A stretch of DNA of 64,000 bases, taken from positions 88,350,001 through 88,414,000 of the forward strand of contig OX597822.1 in assembly GCA_951406725.2 (NCBI GenBank), in the 5' to 3' direction. The notes under the pieces were generated by a model. It was not told the DNA's origin. It made no database searches and worked only from the letters and a program-made list of their open reading frames with translations. Source of the DNA: Octopus vulgaris. Lineage: Eukaryota. Below, piece after piece: positions 25,310 through 37,142 of the stretch. Position 1 is the stretch's first letter. Each line of letters starts with the position of its first letter. Made by a program: the position numbers and the translations under genes.

Positions 25310-26365
25310 TTAGATCCCTGGTGGATGCTCAGTGAGTGTCACCACTAGAATACGAATAGTCTGGGCAAAGTTTAGAAAGCTCCTACACCTACTGGTGATA
25401 AAGGGTCTCTTGCTCAGAGTGAAAGGTAGATTGGTAGATTGTATGGTGCATGTGTGCGAACTGCCATGCTTCATGGTAGTGAAACATGGGCTGTGACTGC
25501 AGAGAACATGCATAGGCTTGAAAGAAATGAAGCTAGCATGATCCGCTGGATGTGTAATGTCAGTGTGCACACGCGACAGAGTGTAAGCACCCTGAGAGAA
25601 ATGCTGGACATAAGAAGCATGAGATGTGGTGTGCAAGAGAGATGTTTGCACTGGTATGGTCATGTACTGTGGATGGATGAGGAGAGATGTGTGAAGAAGT
25701 GCCACTCCCAAACAGTTGAAGGTATCCGGGGAAGAGGTAGACCCAGGAAGACATGGGATGAGGTAGTCAAGCATGACCTTCAAACATTGGGCCTCACAGA
25801 AGCAATGACAAAAGACCAAGATCTTTGGAGATATGCTGTGACTGCAAAGACCTGACAAATAATGTGAGTTCATGGCTGCTTCCTGCACCAGTTTCGCATA
25901 GCCCCAGCCCATCTAAAGTACCTTGGATTGCAGAACGACCTGCTGTGCTTACCTTGGATCGTAGGGTTACCTGCTGTGCTTGAGGAGACCTATTGAGTCA
26001 AGTACATCAACATCAAAATAAATATCAAATGGAAATTGTAGTTGTGATACCTGTGCCGGTGGTACGTAAAAAGCACTATCCAAATGTGGCTGATGCCAGC
26101 ACCACCTTGACTGGCTTCTGTGCTGGTGGCATGTAAAAAGCACCAACAAAATGGCCGCTGCCAGGCTCCCTTGGCACCTGTGCAGGTGGCACGTAAAAAG
26201 CACCCGCTACACTCACGGAGTGGTTGGCGTTAGGAAGGGCATCAAGCTGTAGAAACACTGCCAGATCAGACTGGAGCCTGGTGCAGCCTCCTGGCTTCCC
26301 AGACCCCGGTCAAACCGTCCAACCCGTGCTAGCCCAGAAAACGGACGTTAAACGATGATGATGAT
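25310..26365 (+). mobile_element. RTE LINE 3' end: ORF2 C-terminus, 3' UTR and (GAT)n tail
   Basis: YGACVRTAMLHGSETWA...LHWYGHV...RGRGRPRKTW, followed contiguously by the abundant UTR repeat. Confidence 0.92.
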
Positions 26366-27582
26366 GGTGATGTTTGTGTGTCTTGATGATGTTGTAGAAT
26401 GAAGAAAGTTGACTGCACATTGTGAAGTTGATGTTAACGTTGATTGGCAGTTTGCTTTGATCTGGACTGGCACAACTCCTCTAACCTTGTTATATATATC
26501 TTTATCATTGAAATGTTTATACACAAACTCATTATAGGTGACTTGTGTAAAAACATAAAATTCATTACCTTTATTCAGAGAAGTAGACAAGGTTCCTTGA
26601 ACTTTGCTTTCTTATTTATTTTGAGATGCTCTGTGTTTATTTCAATTACTTTAAATATAACAAAGGATTTAGTAAAATAACTTGGTTATCATTAAGCTAG
26701 TGTTAGGAACATAAATTGTGACTAAGGTTTGATGGAAGATTATAATTCAAAACTTTTGAAAACAAGACATTTGTACTGAGAGCCAGAGCCAGTTTCAGCT
26801 GGGTTGGTATCAAAGGCAGCAAGCTGAGATATGGAAAAGTAGAAGCATGTATTGGTATAATTCTGCAAATGTAAAATATGGATTCCCTATAGAAAGTTTA
26901 CTGTCAAAATTGGGGGCTTGTTGAGGATGAATGGAGCGTATTGTCAGGGTAGTAGACAGGAAATCTTTAAATGGTAGTACTACAAGTACTACAACTACTA
27001 CAAGTACTACTACTACTACAAGTACTAATACTACTACTACCACCAATGCTATTGCTAATACTATAACAATGAATAATGAACCATTTTGTTGATTGGTACC
27101 TTACTCAAAATATAAGAAATTATTAAATTAATCATTCTTTTACATCGTATGAAGCTTTCCATTAAACTTTACAATTTTATAAGGTTTCAAGCAAACTACT
27201 ACACACCTATATATGTGTGCGTGCATGTGTATTATACAAACACGGAGCATATATATATACAGTACTCGGAGTTGTCTAGCAAGCCACAGATCTAAAATTA
27301 TTTCATTTCTGATAAGTTTTTCTTTTTCCATACACATGTCACCATTCATCAGTTATTGTGTGATGAAGAACGGTGGCATGTGCATGGATTACTGATTGGA
27401 TAACTTCACATCTGTAACTTGTCAGGAAACTCTAAGTACTGTAAGTATTCCATGTTTGTATAATATATCAATTATATTCCTCTCCTTCAGTAGTATCTGA
27501 GGTCTACTTTTGTTGTTCTACACCTGGTTAATTGTTATACACATTATATAAATATATATATACATACACATATATAAAAACG

Positions 27583-27619
<37 letters not shown>

Positions 27620-27677
27620 GGTGCATATATGTATTAAAACAAGATTCTTTTTTTGTCTCTTTAATTCTTTTCACCAG

Positions 27678-28141
27678 ATTCCAGTATTTCTCAAAAGGAG
27701 AAAAGAAATCAAATATCAGCTGCTCTGTCAAGTTGTGACAAACTCTCTTCCCATTTATTGACTCCTTCTCGTGATAAGAAATTAGATATGGCTAAAAGAT
27801 GCATTGCTGAATCTCTTCTTAAAAGCAAGAAGAGTGTCTTCGATGATCTGCACTTATTATCAAGTACCAAATCACCATCTTCCACCACCACCACCACCAC
27901 CACCACCATACACACACCCAGTTCAATTACAGCAAAGTGTCAAATTCTGGGAGTCAAACTACCCAAAGGGACTGAAAAAAGTGGTAAAGACAAATTCATG
28001 AGTTCAATTATTCCTGCAAGTTCAGATTCAGATCCAAAATCAGATTTGTCAAGTTCTTCAAACACTGTATCTTCAGGTCTGGATTATTTGCAAGCTTATT
28101 CTGACAGCAGTGATGAAGACTCAGATGATGATTCTAAGTGA
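27678..28141 (+). CDS. YJU2B: YJU2B/CCDC130 terminal coding exon 7
   Basis: caccag| acceptor in phase with exon 6; open to TGA at 28139-41; ends LQAYSDSSDEDSDDDSK like the family's ...DYSDSE tail; total CDS 1173 nt (390 aa). Confidence 0.9.
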
Positions 28142-28620
28142 TTGGACTTTAATTATTCTTAAGCTTTCTGTGATTTGGACTGATATAATACTTTACTCAT
28201 TACATAGTAATGAGTGATTCTTAGTTGAAACAGCTGTAAGATTATGATATATATATATGCATGTGTGTGAATATATATATGTGCATGTGTGAATATATAT
28301 ATGTGCATGTGTGAATATATATATGTATGTGTGTGTATGTATATATGTATGTATGTATATATGTATGTATATATGTATGTATATGTAAGTATATATATAT
28401 ATTATGGGAGAATTCATAAAAAAACAAAAGACGAAGACAGGTGGTGTAGACAACAAACAGATGTATTAGTTTAAAGCTCGGGAAGTGAAAAAGTCTTTAA
28501 TGCTTTGAGCCTATGCACTTCAACAGAAAGGAACACAGAAAGAAACAAGGAGAGAAAATAAAGAATGTGTATTGTCTAGCCATCTATCATGGCGAATCTA
28601 TCTATCTATCTATCTATCTA

Positions 28621-28655
<35 letters not shown>

Positions 28656-28767
28656 CAGAGATGTACTTGCATAGTGAATGACTTGATCTGAGATCATATG
28701 CTGAAACAAAAATAATTGCAGCCTGGAAGATATTTGTAAATCATTCAAGAACACACGAAACCATTAG

Positions 28768-28992
28768 TTTCACTTCAACATTTAATTTTCATTTGTGTTA
28801 AAATATTTTCATCGCTTTAAAACCATGACATGTTCACTGATAAAACTTGGCACTGCATCTGAGAGAGTAACAGTTCATGATATATTTATGTGTTTATTTA
28901 TATATTTATGTATGTATGTAAGTATGTATGTATGTATGTATGTATGTGTGTGTGTGTGTGTGTGTACATACATACATACATACATACATACA

Positions 28993-29023
<31 letters not shown>

Positions 29024-29122
29024 GAACTAATTGTTACTCTCTCAGATGCAGCACCAAGTTTTGTCAGTGAACAGGCCACGAAAATATTTTGACACAAATG
29101 AAAATTAAATGTTGAAGTGAAA
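28768..29122. repeat. Long inverted repeat (~100-bp arms) around complementary (TATG)n/(CATA)n tracts
   Basis: tttcacttcaacatttaattttcatttgtg...ctgcatctgagagagtaaca versus its reverse complement at 29022-29122. Confidence 0.9.
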
Positions 29123-29642
29123 AAAACATTCTTTAATCAAAGGCATGCTAAGCCACAATGGTTAAAATAAACTGTGTACATTTATATTTAGCCCATGTGT
29201 CCAGTCAAACAATGCCCTTCTATGCTTGAGTATATACAGATGCATTACATATAAATGTACTCAATTTTATTATTTAAAAACATACATATCTATTATATAT
29301 CTGTATACTATGTGTGTGTGTGTATGTTTGTGTATATGATATATTTCCATGTATATGATACATATAGTTTATATATATGTATATGTTATATACATATAAC
29401 ATATGTATAAGGGCGGCGAGCTGGCAGACACATAAGCACGCCGGGCGAAATGCGTAGCTGTATTTCGTCTGCCGTTACGTTCTGAGTTCAAATTCCACCG
29501 AGGTCGACTTTGCCTTTCATCCTTTCAGGGTCGATAAATAAAGTACCAGTTTGCACTGGGGTCGATGTAATCGACTTAATCCCTTTGTCTGTCCTTGTTT
29601 GTCCCATCTATGTTTAACCCCTTGTGGGCAGTAATGTTTATG

Positions 29643-29700
<58 letters not shown>

Positions 29701-30498
29701 CTATTGCATATTTCCATGTTTATGCACTGTACAAATATTTTATAAACACACACACATATGTGTATATTATAATATATATGTGTGAGACTGTATTTATATA
29801 TATATATATATATACATACATACACACACATAAATATATACTCACACACACGTACAAAATAAAGACATATAAGTTTCCTTTTCCTACCTTTTTCTCTGTT
29901 TTTCCTTCAGTATATTACTGTTGTGGTTTATGTTTGACATAACCCCTTGCAAATCACATACATGAGGTTCTGAGTTAAAGCTATTTTACTTTATATCCCT
30001 TCACAACTGCTATTACTTCCCACTGACTCCACATCCCAATTCTTCTAATTTGTATATTAAAGCCATCATTTCTCTCACTCTCTCTTCGTTAGAAATCCTC
30101 ATGTTTTTAAGTTGTTAAACATGATTAAGTAGAAGAAAGATATATACCTTGTCATCCATTTTTTCCATGCTAAAAGCACCTATGCAATGACACATAAAAG
30201 CACCCTTCTGGTGCTACATAAAAGCATCATGCACACTCTGTAAAGCGATTAGCTTTAGGAAGGGCATCCAGCTGTAAAAACCATTCCAAATCAGACTAGT
30301 CTAGTGCAGCCCCCACCCCACCTCTGATCTCACCATTCAACCCATGACAGCATGAAAAACAGTGGTTAAATGATGATGATGATATATATATATATATATA
30401 AGTTCAGCAAAATTTAGATTCAGATGAATATGGTACTTAAGTCAAAGGCACCAGAATTTTGTATGGTATTATCCATATAAATCCATGGGGTGATTATA

Positions 30499-30686
30499 AT
30501 CAAAATAAGCAACAAGTATATCCGAGGTAATGTGGTATGATCGTTTCATGCTACTTCATTTTATTAAACACTGTAAGCATTACATCAGTTTTAAAACTGA
30601 TGTAATGCTTACAGTGTTTAATAAAATGAAGTAGCATGAAACGATCGTACCACATTACCTTGGATATACTTGTTGCTTATTTTGAT
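30499..30686. repeat. 188-bp spacerless palindrome (94-bp arms, 2 mismatches)
   Basis: Centre cagtttt|aaaactg at 30592/30593; arms checked base by base. Confidence 0.97.
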
Positions 30687-31719
30687 ATATATATATATCT
30701 TTTATTTTTTATCTTTTACTTGTTTCAGTCATTAGACTGCAGCCATGCTGAGGCACCACCTTGAAGAATTTTTAGTTGAATGAAGCAAGCCCAGTACTTC
30801 AGTACTTTTTCTCTTGGTATTGTTTATTGAAGTTATGTGGATGTAAACATACCAATACCAGTTGTCAAGCAGTGTGTGAGTGGGGGGGGGGGGGTGTCAA
30901 CACAGACACAAAGACATACACGCATTCCACACAAACACACACACAAATGCATATAGAATGAGCTTCTTTTAGTTTCATCTACCAAATCTATTCACAAAAC
31001 TTAGGACAATCCAGGGCTATAGTAGAAGATACTGGGACTGAACTTAAAACAATGTAGTTAGGAAGTTCTCAACCACACAACCATGGCTGCATCAGCATCT
31101 CAGACCTACATTAAAAAAAGGTCACCAATATCATACAGTACTAGATAAAATGTAATGCAATATTTAGGTATGTCTGTTTACAGTCTCTCTATGTTCAAAT
31201 CTTGCCATGGCCAATCAATACCAGTCATGTACTTGGGTAGAACTAAGTGAATGGATCATACTCCCTTAGTCTTATACCATTTGATAGAAATCAATAGTTT
31301 TGGAAATGCATGAACAAAAATAGGGGGAATTTATTTTCTTACCTTTAAATCAGGTACCTTGTTATTATGTAAGAGGGTGTATTTAATCCAATCACAATAT
31401 TGATTTTTCTATATAAAGGTGCAAATCATTTGAGAAAACAGGAGTGTGTGATACTCATTTACGTCCTAAGTAAATTGAAAGTTTATCATTGTAGTTCATT
31501 TGTTGCTGTAGATAGAGATCAGTGGAATGAGTTGGGGTTATTAATTAACAACCTGAAGTTTTCAGTTCAGTCAAGCCCTGCAACTCATACATGTGTGTGT
31601 GTGCTGTTGGTATTTTACAATGCCTCCAGTTTTTACAGAGGTGAACTATTCTTCCCCATGATATATCTATTCACAGCCAAGAATATGATATTTCTATAAC
31701 ATGGTCAGTAGTATCACAT

Positions 31720-32370
31720 CCATGAGGAGTATAAAGTCTATCTAAGGCTTTATATAGCTATGGTGCAGCCTCACTTGGAATTTGCATCACCGGTCTGGAA
31801 CTGCTATCTTGGCCAGGATATTAATCGTCTGGAAACCGTTCAGCGACGTGAAACCAAGAGAATACCCTCCATCAGGCATTTGCCATATTCTGAACGCCTT
31901 ACTTCCCTGGGCCTGGACGCATTGAAACTCCGACGTCTGGCAGCTGACTTGGCAGACACCCATAAAATTATTAACCATCTTACAAACAATAACTCTGAGC
32001 ACCTTTTCAAACTCCACCTGTCTAACACCCGTGGACATGTTTACAAAGTCAGAAAACAGCACAGCTCCCATGACTTTCGGAAACATTTTTGCACACTAAG
32101 AGTTGCTGAAGCATGGAACAAGCTGCTGGTATCAGTTGTTAGTTGTCGGAGTACTGCATCCTTGAAAATTTCCATGCTTCCTGAGATTCGCCAACACTAC
32201 ACCTGATTTTCTCCCCTCCATACACTCACAAGCATGTATCTGACTCATACACTGTTCACTTTCCAGACATTTGTACATTACTGCATATGCTTTATACGCA
32301 CTTTTGACAAGTTGTGGTGCACCTGAGCACTGTATACAATAATTTCATTATTATTATTATTATTATCATT
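31720..32370 (+). mobile_element. CR1/L2-group LINE 3' fragment with (ATT)n tail
   Basis: LYIAMVQPHLEFASPVWN...LETVQRR.TK.IP...PYSERL...RVAEAWNKL. Confidence 0.92.
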
Positions 32371-32780
32371 ATTATGATCAGGAGTACAACATCTCTATAA
32401 CATAATCAACTGAAACTCTTTCAATCTGAAAATGCCAGTATTTATATATTACTTCTTTACCAAAAAACATTGAGCACTCAAAGTTTTTAAAAAAATATCC
32501 ATTTTTATTAAATTTTCAAAATCTTAATCATGATTATATTGAATCACTAATTACCTATTCATTTAGGATCTGAAAATAGTTTCCATCAGTTATGATGTAT
32601 ACTCTTTGACATTTAATTATGATAATATTAAAGCACTAATTACTTATTCATTTAGGATCTGAAAATAATTTCCATCAGCCATGATATAAATTTTGTGAAA
32701 GAAATCAATGGTTGGAAATTCAATATTCCTGGAACAATTGTTATAAATTGTAAGAGATATTTGTATCTAGGATATTCTTT

Positions 32781-32859
32781 CTATGATTCCATTATGGTTT
32801 GGTAAGCTTTCTGATCATCTAACATCTGGAGAAATACTCTGTACTTCTTTTCATGGTAA
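32781..32859 (-). CDS. FGGY: FGGY carbohydrate kinase, terminal coding exon
   Basis: tttcag|T TAC...; (S)YHEKKYRVFLQMLDDQKAYQTIMES* (cf. YYDKKYQVFLKLVEHQKEY). Confidence 0.93.
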
Positions 32860-33627
32860 CTGAAACACAGAAACATTAGCAAATTAATATAACCATCTAT
32901 GTATCATACTTAATGTATATATGCCTTTGACAAGCAGCTAAACAATAACAATTTCACTATATTCAATCAGGGGCCTGAGTACTGGTGATAAATGAGTCTA
33001 CAATGCATTGGTCTCTATGGAGCAAAAATGTGGCCCTCTTGAAGACTGACAAAGAGAATCAATGGTTTTGATAGCAGAGCCCAGAGAACTATTGAGAACA
33101 TTAGATGGAACCACCATGGTGCCAACAAAGAACTGAGCCATCACATTTCCAATAAAGAACTACGTGTACACACACATCAGCCCACAGCCTCCTACCTCAT
33201 AGTCATCTGTTGCATGTGATGGTATGGACATGTCCTACATCTCCCACTAGATCATCTTACTAAGGCTTTACTCTCATTCAGTGCAGCAGCTGGCTGGACA
33301 TGAGGTTGAATGTCACTTTGGAGGATGCAGAAGGACTGGCACAAAACCACCAGTGATGGTGAGCTCTGGTGGAACTGGTCGGCTCTATGCATGGGGACAC
33401 CTCTGGGACCACTAACTTGGAATGATCCTAGCCCCATCAAGCAAAAGCATGAAGCCAGAGGGAGAAAACCAAAGTTATGGGAGTCTGTCACTCTACCTCT
33501 CCTTTGTTCTATCACTTAAGTGAATATTAATGACATAGATGGAGGTAAGCAGAATATACCTCTTCACAGTTTTCAGGAGGTTCAGTGTCTGTATAGCTGG
33601 GAATTTTTATTTTATTTATTTTATTAA

Positions 33628-34001
33628 CTAGCAGTATCACCCGGCGTTGCTCGGGTTTGTAAGGGAAATAACTATATAAGCATTTTTAGAGAGTTATAGC
33701 AAAAAAATGGAAAAAAATGATGGTAAATTCTTTTTTAAATCGTTGACTCATCGTAGACATTTTTAGAGAGTTACTTCCCTGATATAATAGCGAAAAAATG
33801 CATTAAAATGGAAAAAAATGATGGTAAATTTTTTTTAAATCATAGACTTATCGTAGACGCGTGCTAATACCCAGAAGGGCTCGATATGGATCACGACTAT
33901 AAGATACCCGGTTTTGGTTAAACTGCACCACAAAATGTGGGAGTAGTTAGGAATCTAAATCGTAGGAGACAGACACACAACCTCTCTTTTATATATAAAG
34001 A
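33628..34001 (-). mobile_element. Non-autonomous Helitron
   Basis: Minus strand A|TCTTTATATATAAA...cccgagcaacgccggg hairpin...CTAG|T. Confidence 0.88.
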
Positions 34002-34024
34002 TGTATAAATTTTATAAAAATTAC

Positions 34025-34086
34025 CTGAAGTCCTGTTTATTTGGCATGACAACAGAGCCTTCTCCACCCATTGCTTCCATAGCTTC
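34025..34086 (-). CDS. FGGY: FGGY exon
   Basis: taacag|...|gtaatt; EAMEAMGGEGSVVMPNKQDF. Confidence 0.92.
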
Positions 34087-36108
34087 CTGTTATTGAAATA
34101 AAAGTTAAATTGGTTATGAAGTCAAATCGATGACTCATATTTATTATAAATGTTTATTTTCTGACAAAAAATAACTATTAATAATTTAAAACAAAATGTA
34201 AGCTTTACTTTTTTATACTATGCAAATAATTTTAGCCTCAGTGTCAAAAGTAAACTAAATAGTTACACCACGGGCTTTTGTCTTTCTATGGACAGAAAAA
34301 AATGAGATTGATGAGACTAGTTGCTGGTCTTGAAACTTAGTCAGAGGAACAATACTCATCTTCTATCCATGGATATATTGGTAGTATATCACCGTGATCA
34401 CCATGACCGACCAGGCTATCAGATGTTGCTACACATCGCTGGTCACAATGTACTTCGCATTGTTTTAGCCTTCAAATGACGAGTGTTATACAAGAGTGAG
34501 AGAAAGTTGTGGCGAAAGAGTACAGCAGGGATCGCCACCACCCCCTGCCGGAGCCTTGTGGAGCTTTAGGTGTTTTCGCTCAATAAATTCTCACAACGCT
34601 CGGTCTGGGAATTGAAACCACGAGTCCACTGCCCTAACCACTGGGCCATTGCGCCTCCACATATTGGTAGTATATAGTGTATACAAACTAGTTAAACTGG
34701 TCAAGAAAAATGATAAAAGATTTTTTTTCTTTTCATCTAGTTTCTAAAAGAGATTTACTATTTTAACACAACACCACCTTCAGCAGGAGCAGCAGTCTTC
34801 TTTTCTACCTCCTCCTCCTCCTCCTTTTTATTCCCTCACTGTCTTTGAGTTTCTTCTTTCTTCTTCCAAACACTTCATCTGCTGATCAGTATAACTAGCA
34901 AGACCAACCTTTTGTGTGTATTACAGAAACGAACCTCCTACATGTATTGTAGTAAGACAAACCTTCCGCATGTACAATAAAAACCAGCCTCTTACATGTG
35001 TATGTATTATAGAGAGATCACTGTCTCACATATTATAGAGACCAACTTCCCACATATATATATCAAGGAAACTAATCTCCCACATGTATTATAGACAAAC
35101 TAATTGCCCACATGTATTAGGGTAAAGACCTCTTTTGGCCATGAATGACCATAGGACTGCACTTAGAAAGTTCCTATTGAGGCACAAGTTTGAGCAAAGT
35201 TGTTTTTATAGAAGACCAGCAGTCACCCATGCATACCAGCCTCCCCTCTCCACACCACTGAGGTTATCCAAGGGAAAGGCAAAGGTCAATACAGCTTGGC
35301 ACCAGTGGCACCGCAACTCATTTCTACAGCTGAGTGAACTGGAGCAACATGAAATAAAGTCTTGCTCAAGAACACAACATGCAGCCCAGTCCAGGAATCA
35401 AACTCACTACCTTATGGTTGTGAGTCTGATGATCTAACTACTGAGCCACACAGACCAATTTCCCACTTGTATTGTAGAAAGAGACCAACTTCTTACATGC
35501 ATTACAGAGACCATCCTCTCACATATATCATAATGTGGCTAACCTCCAGCATGTGTTACATATTGGAGACTAATCCCCGATATGTATTCTTAGACTTCAG
35601 AACATGTGGTGCAGTTCATGATGGGATTTCATTTTCATCTTCATGTAAATTCCTCTTCCAATTGATTTTTTGAAACTTCCCTAAGATTAGTGATTGAGAA
35701 TTATCATCATCATCATCATTTAGCATCTGCTTTCCATGTTAGCATGGGCTAGACAATTTGACTGGAGAGCTGCACTAGGTTCCAGTCTGATTTGGCATGG
35801 TTTTGGCTGAATGCACTTCCTAACACTAACCACTCCAAGAGTGTAATGGGTATTTTTTATGTATCACCAGCATGGGTGCTAGTTACTAAATATAGCAAAT
35901 AGGAACATTTCTTTTCTTTTTTTGACAAAATATTTCAATATATGTTAAGACAGATAAGTGACTCCGGAACTGGTGAAAGATCTGTATTTCATCAGGGTAC
36001 ATAAGTTACAGAAGCATATAAATATTCAAGAATAATCACACATCAGTATGGCTTCAAATGACACAACAATCTATAAGTAGATTTTTAACAAACTACTTGG
36101 TCACTAAC

Positions 36109-36203
36109 CTGAATGCTAGAGTAATTTCCACTGGCAAATGCACCAAGAATAGCTGCTCCTAGCAACACTGATTCATCCATATCAGGAAGAACAAATGGTA
36201 TTC
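36109..36203 (-). CDS. FGGY: FGGY exon
   Basis: gtgcag|...|gttagt; (G)IPFVLPDMDESVLLGAAILGAFASGNYSSIQ. Confidence 0.95.
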
Positions 36204-37142
36204 CTGCACAAAAAAGATACATGTTACTGTCAAAGACTTAAGAACATTACATATTATTTCATATTATTCATATTATTTTAATGAACATCTTTTTCTCAAA
36301 GAACTGTTAGTATCAGTCAGAAGAATGTATTTTAATAATTCTTTGCTTTGTTTCAGAAAATTCGATAAACTGTTAGTTCTTGAAATTGTAACACTTGGTA
36401 ATTAATTGTGTTGAATAAGAATTCCTAGTTTCTAATAACCATTCTTCCTTGGCTGCCTTGAAACAATGATAAAGTGATAGCTAACACACATGCATACAAA
36501 CTATTAGGTTATGTTAGTGAATGTCTTAAGCAGTAATCATGAAAGGCTGGCATTTTCAGCCAAAGAAAGTTCACTAGTAACAGTTCAATGTTGTCATCAT
36601 CATCATCATTTAACATCCGTTTTCCATGCTGGCAAGGGTTGGACAGTTTAACTGAAAACTGGTAAGCCGGGGAGATGCACCAGGTTCCAATCTGATTTGG
36701 CATGGCTTCTACGGCTGGATGCCCTTCCTAATGCCAACCATTCCAAAAGTGTAGTGGGTGGTTTTTACGTACCACTGGCCACAACTATGGTCTCACTTGG
36801 CATGACAGGTCTACACTGCATGGTATATCGCCAAAGGTCTGTCACCTGCCTCCATGAGACCCAACACTTGAACAGTGCTTTTTATATGTCACCAACATGG
36901 GTGCCAATTAGATGGCACTGGCTTTAGCCATGATTGTGATTTCACTTGGCCCGAAAGGTCTTCACAAGGACAGCATATCACCCAATGTTTGAACGGTGCT
37001 TTTAAAGAGCCAGTTACATGACACTGGCATTGGCCACAGCTACGATCTCACTTGGCTTGGCAGGTCTTCTCAAACATAGTATATTGCCAAAGGTCTTGAT
37101 CACTTGCCATTGCCTTCATGATGGTTAACTCTCTGGTGACAG

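Noticed and set aside
25310-25912. 200-aa minus-strand ORF
   Set aside because: Antisense shadow of RTE ORF2
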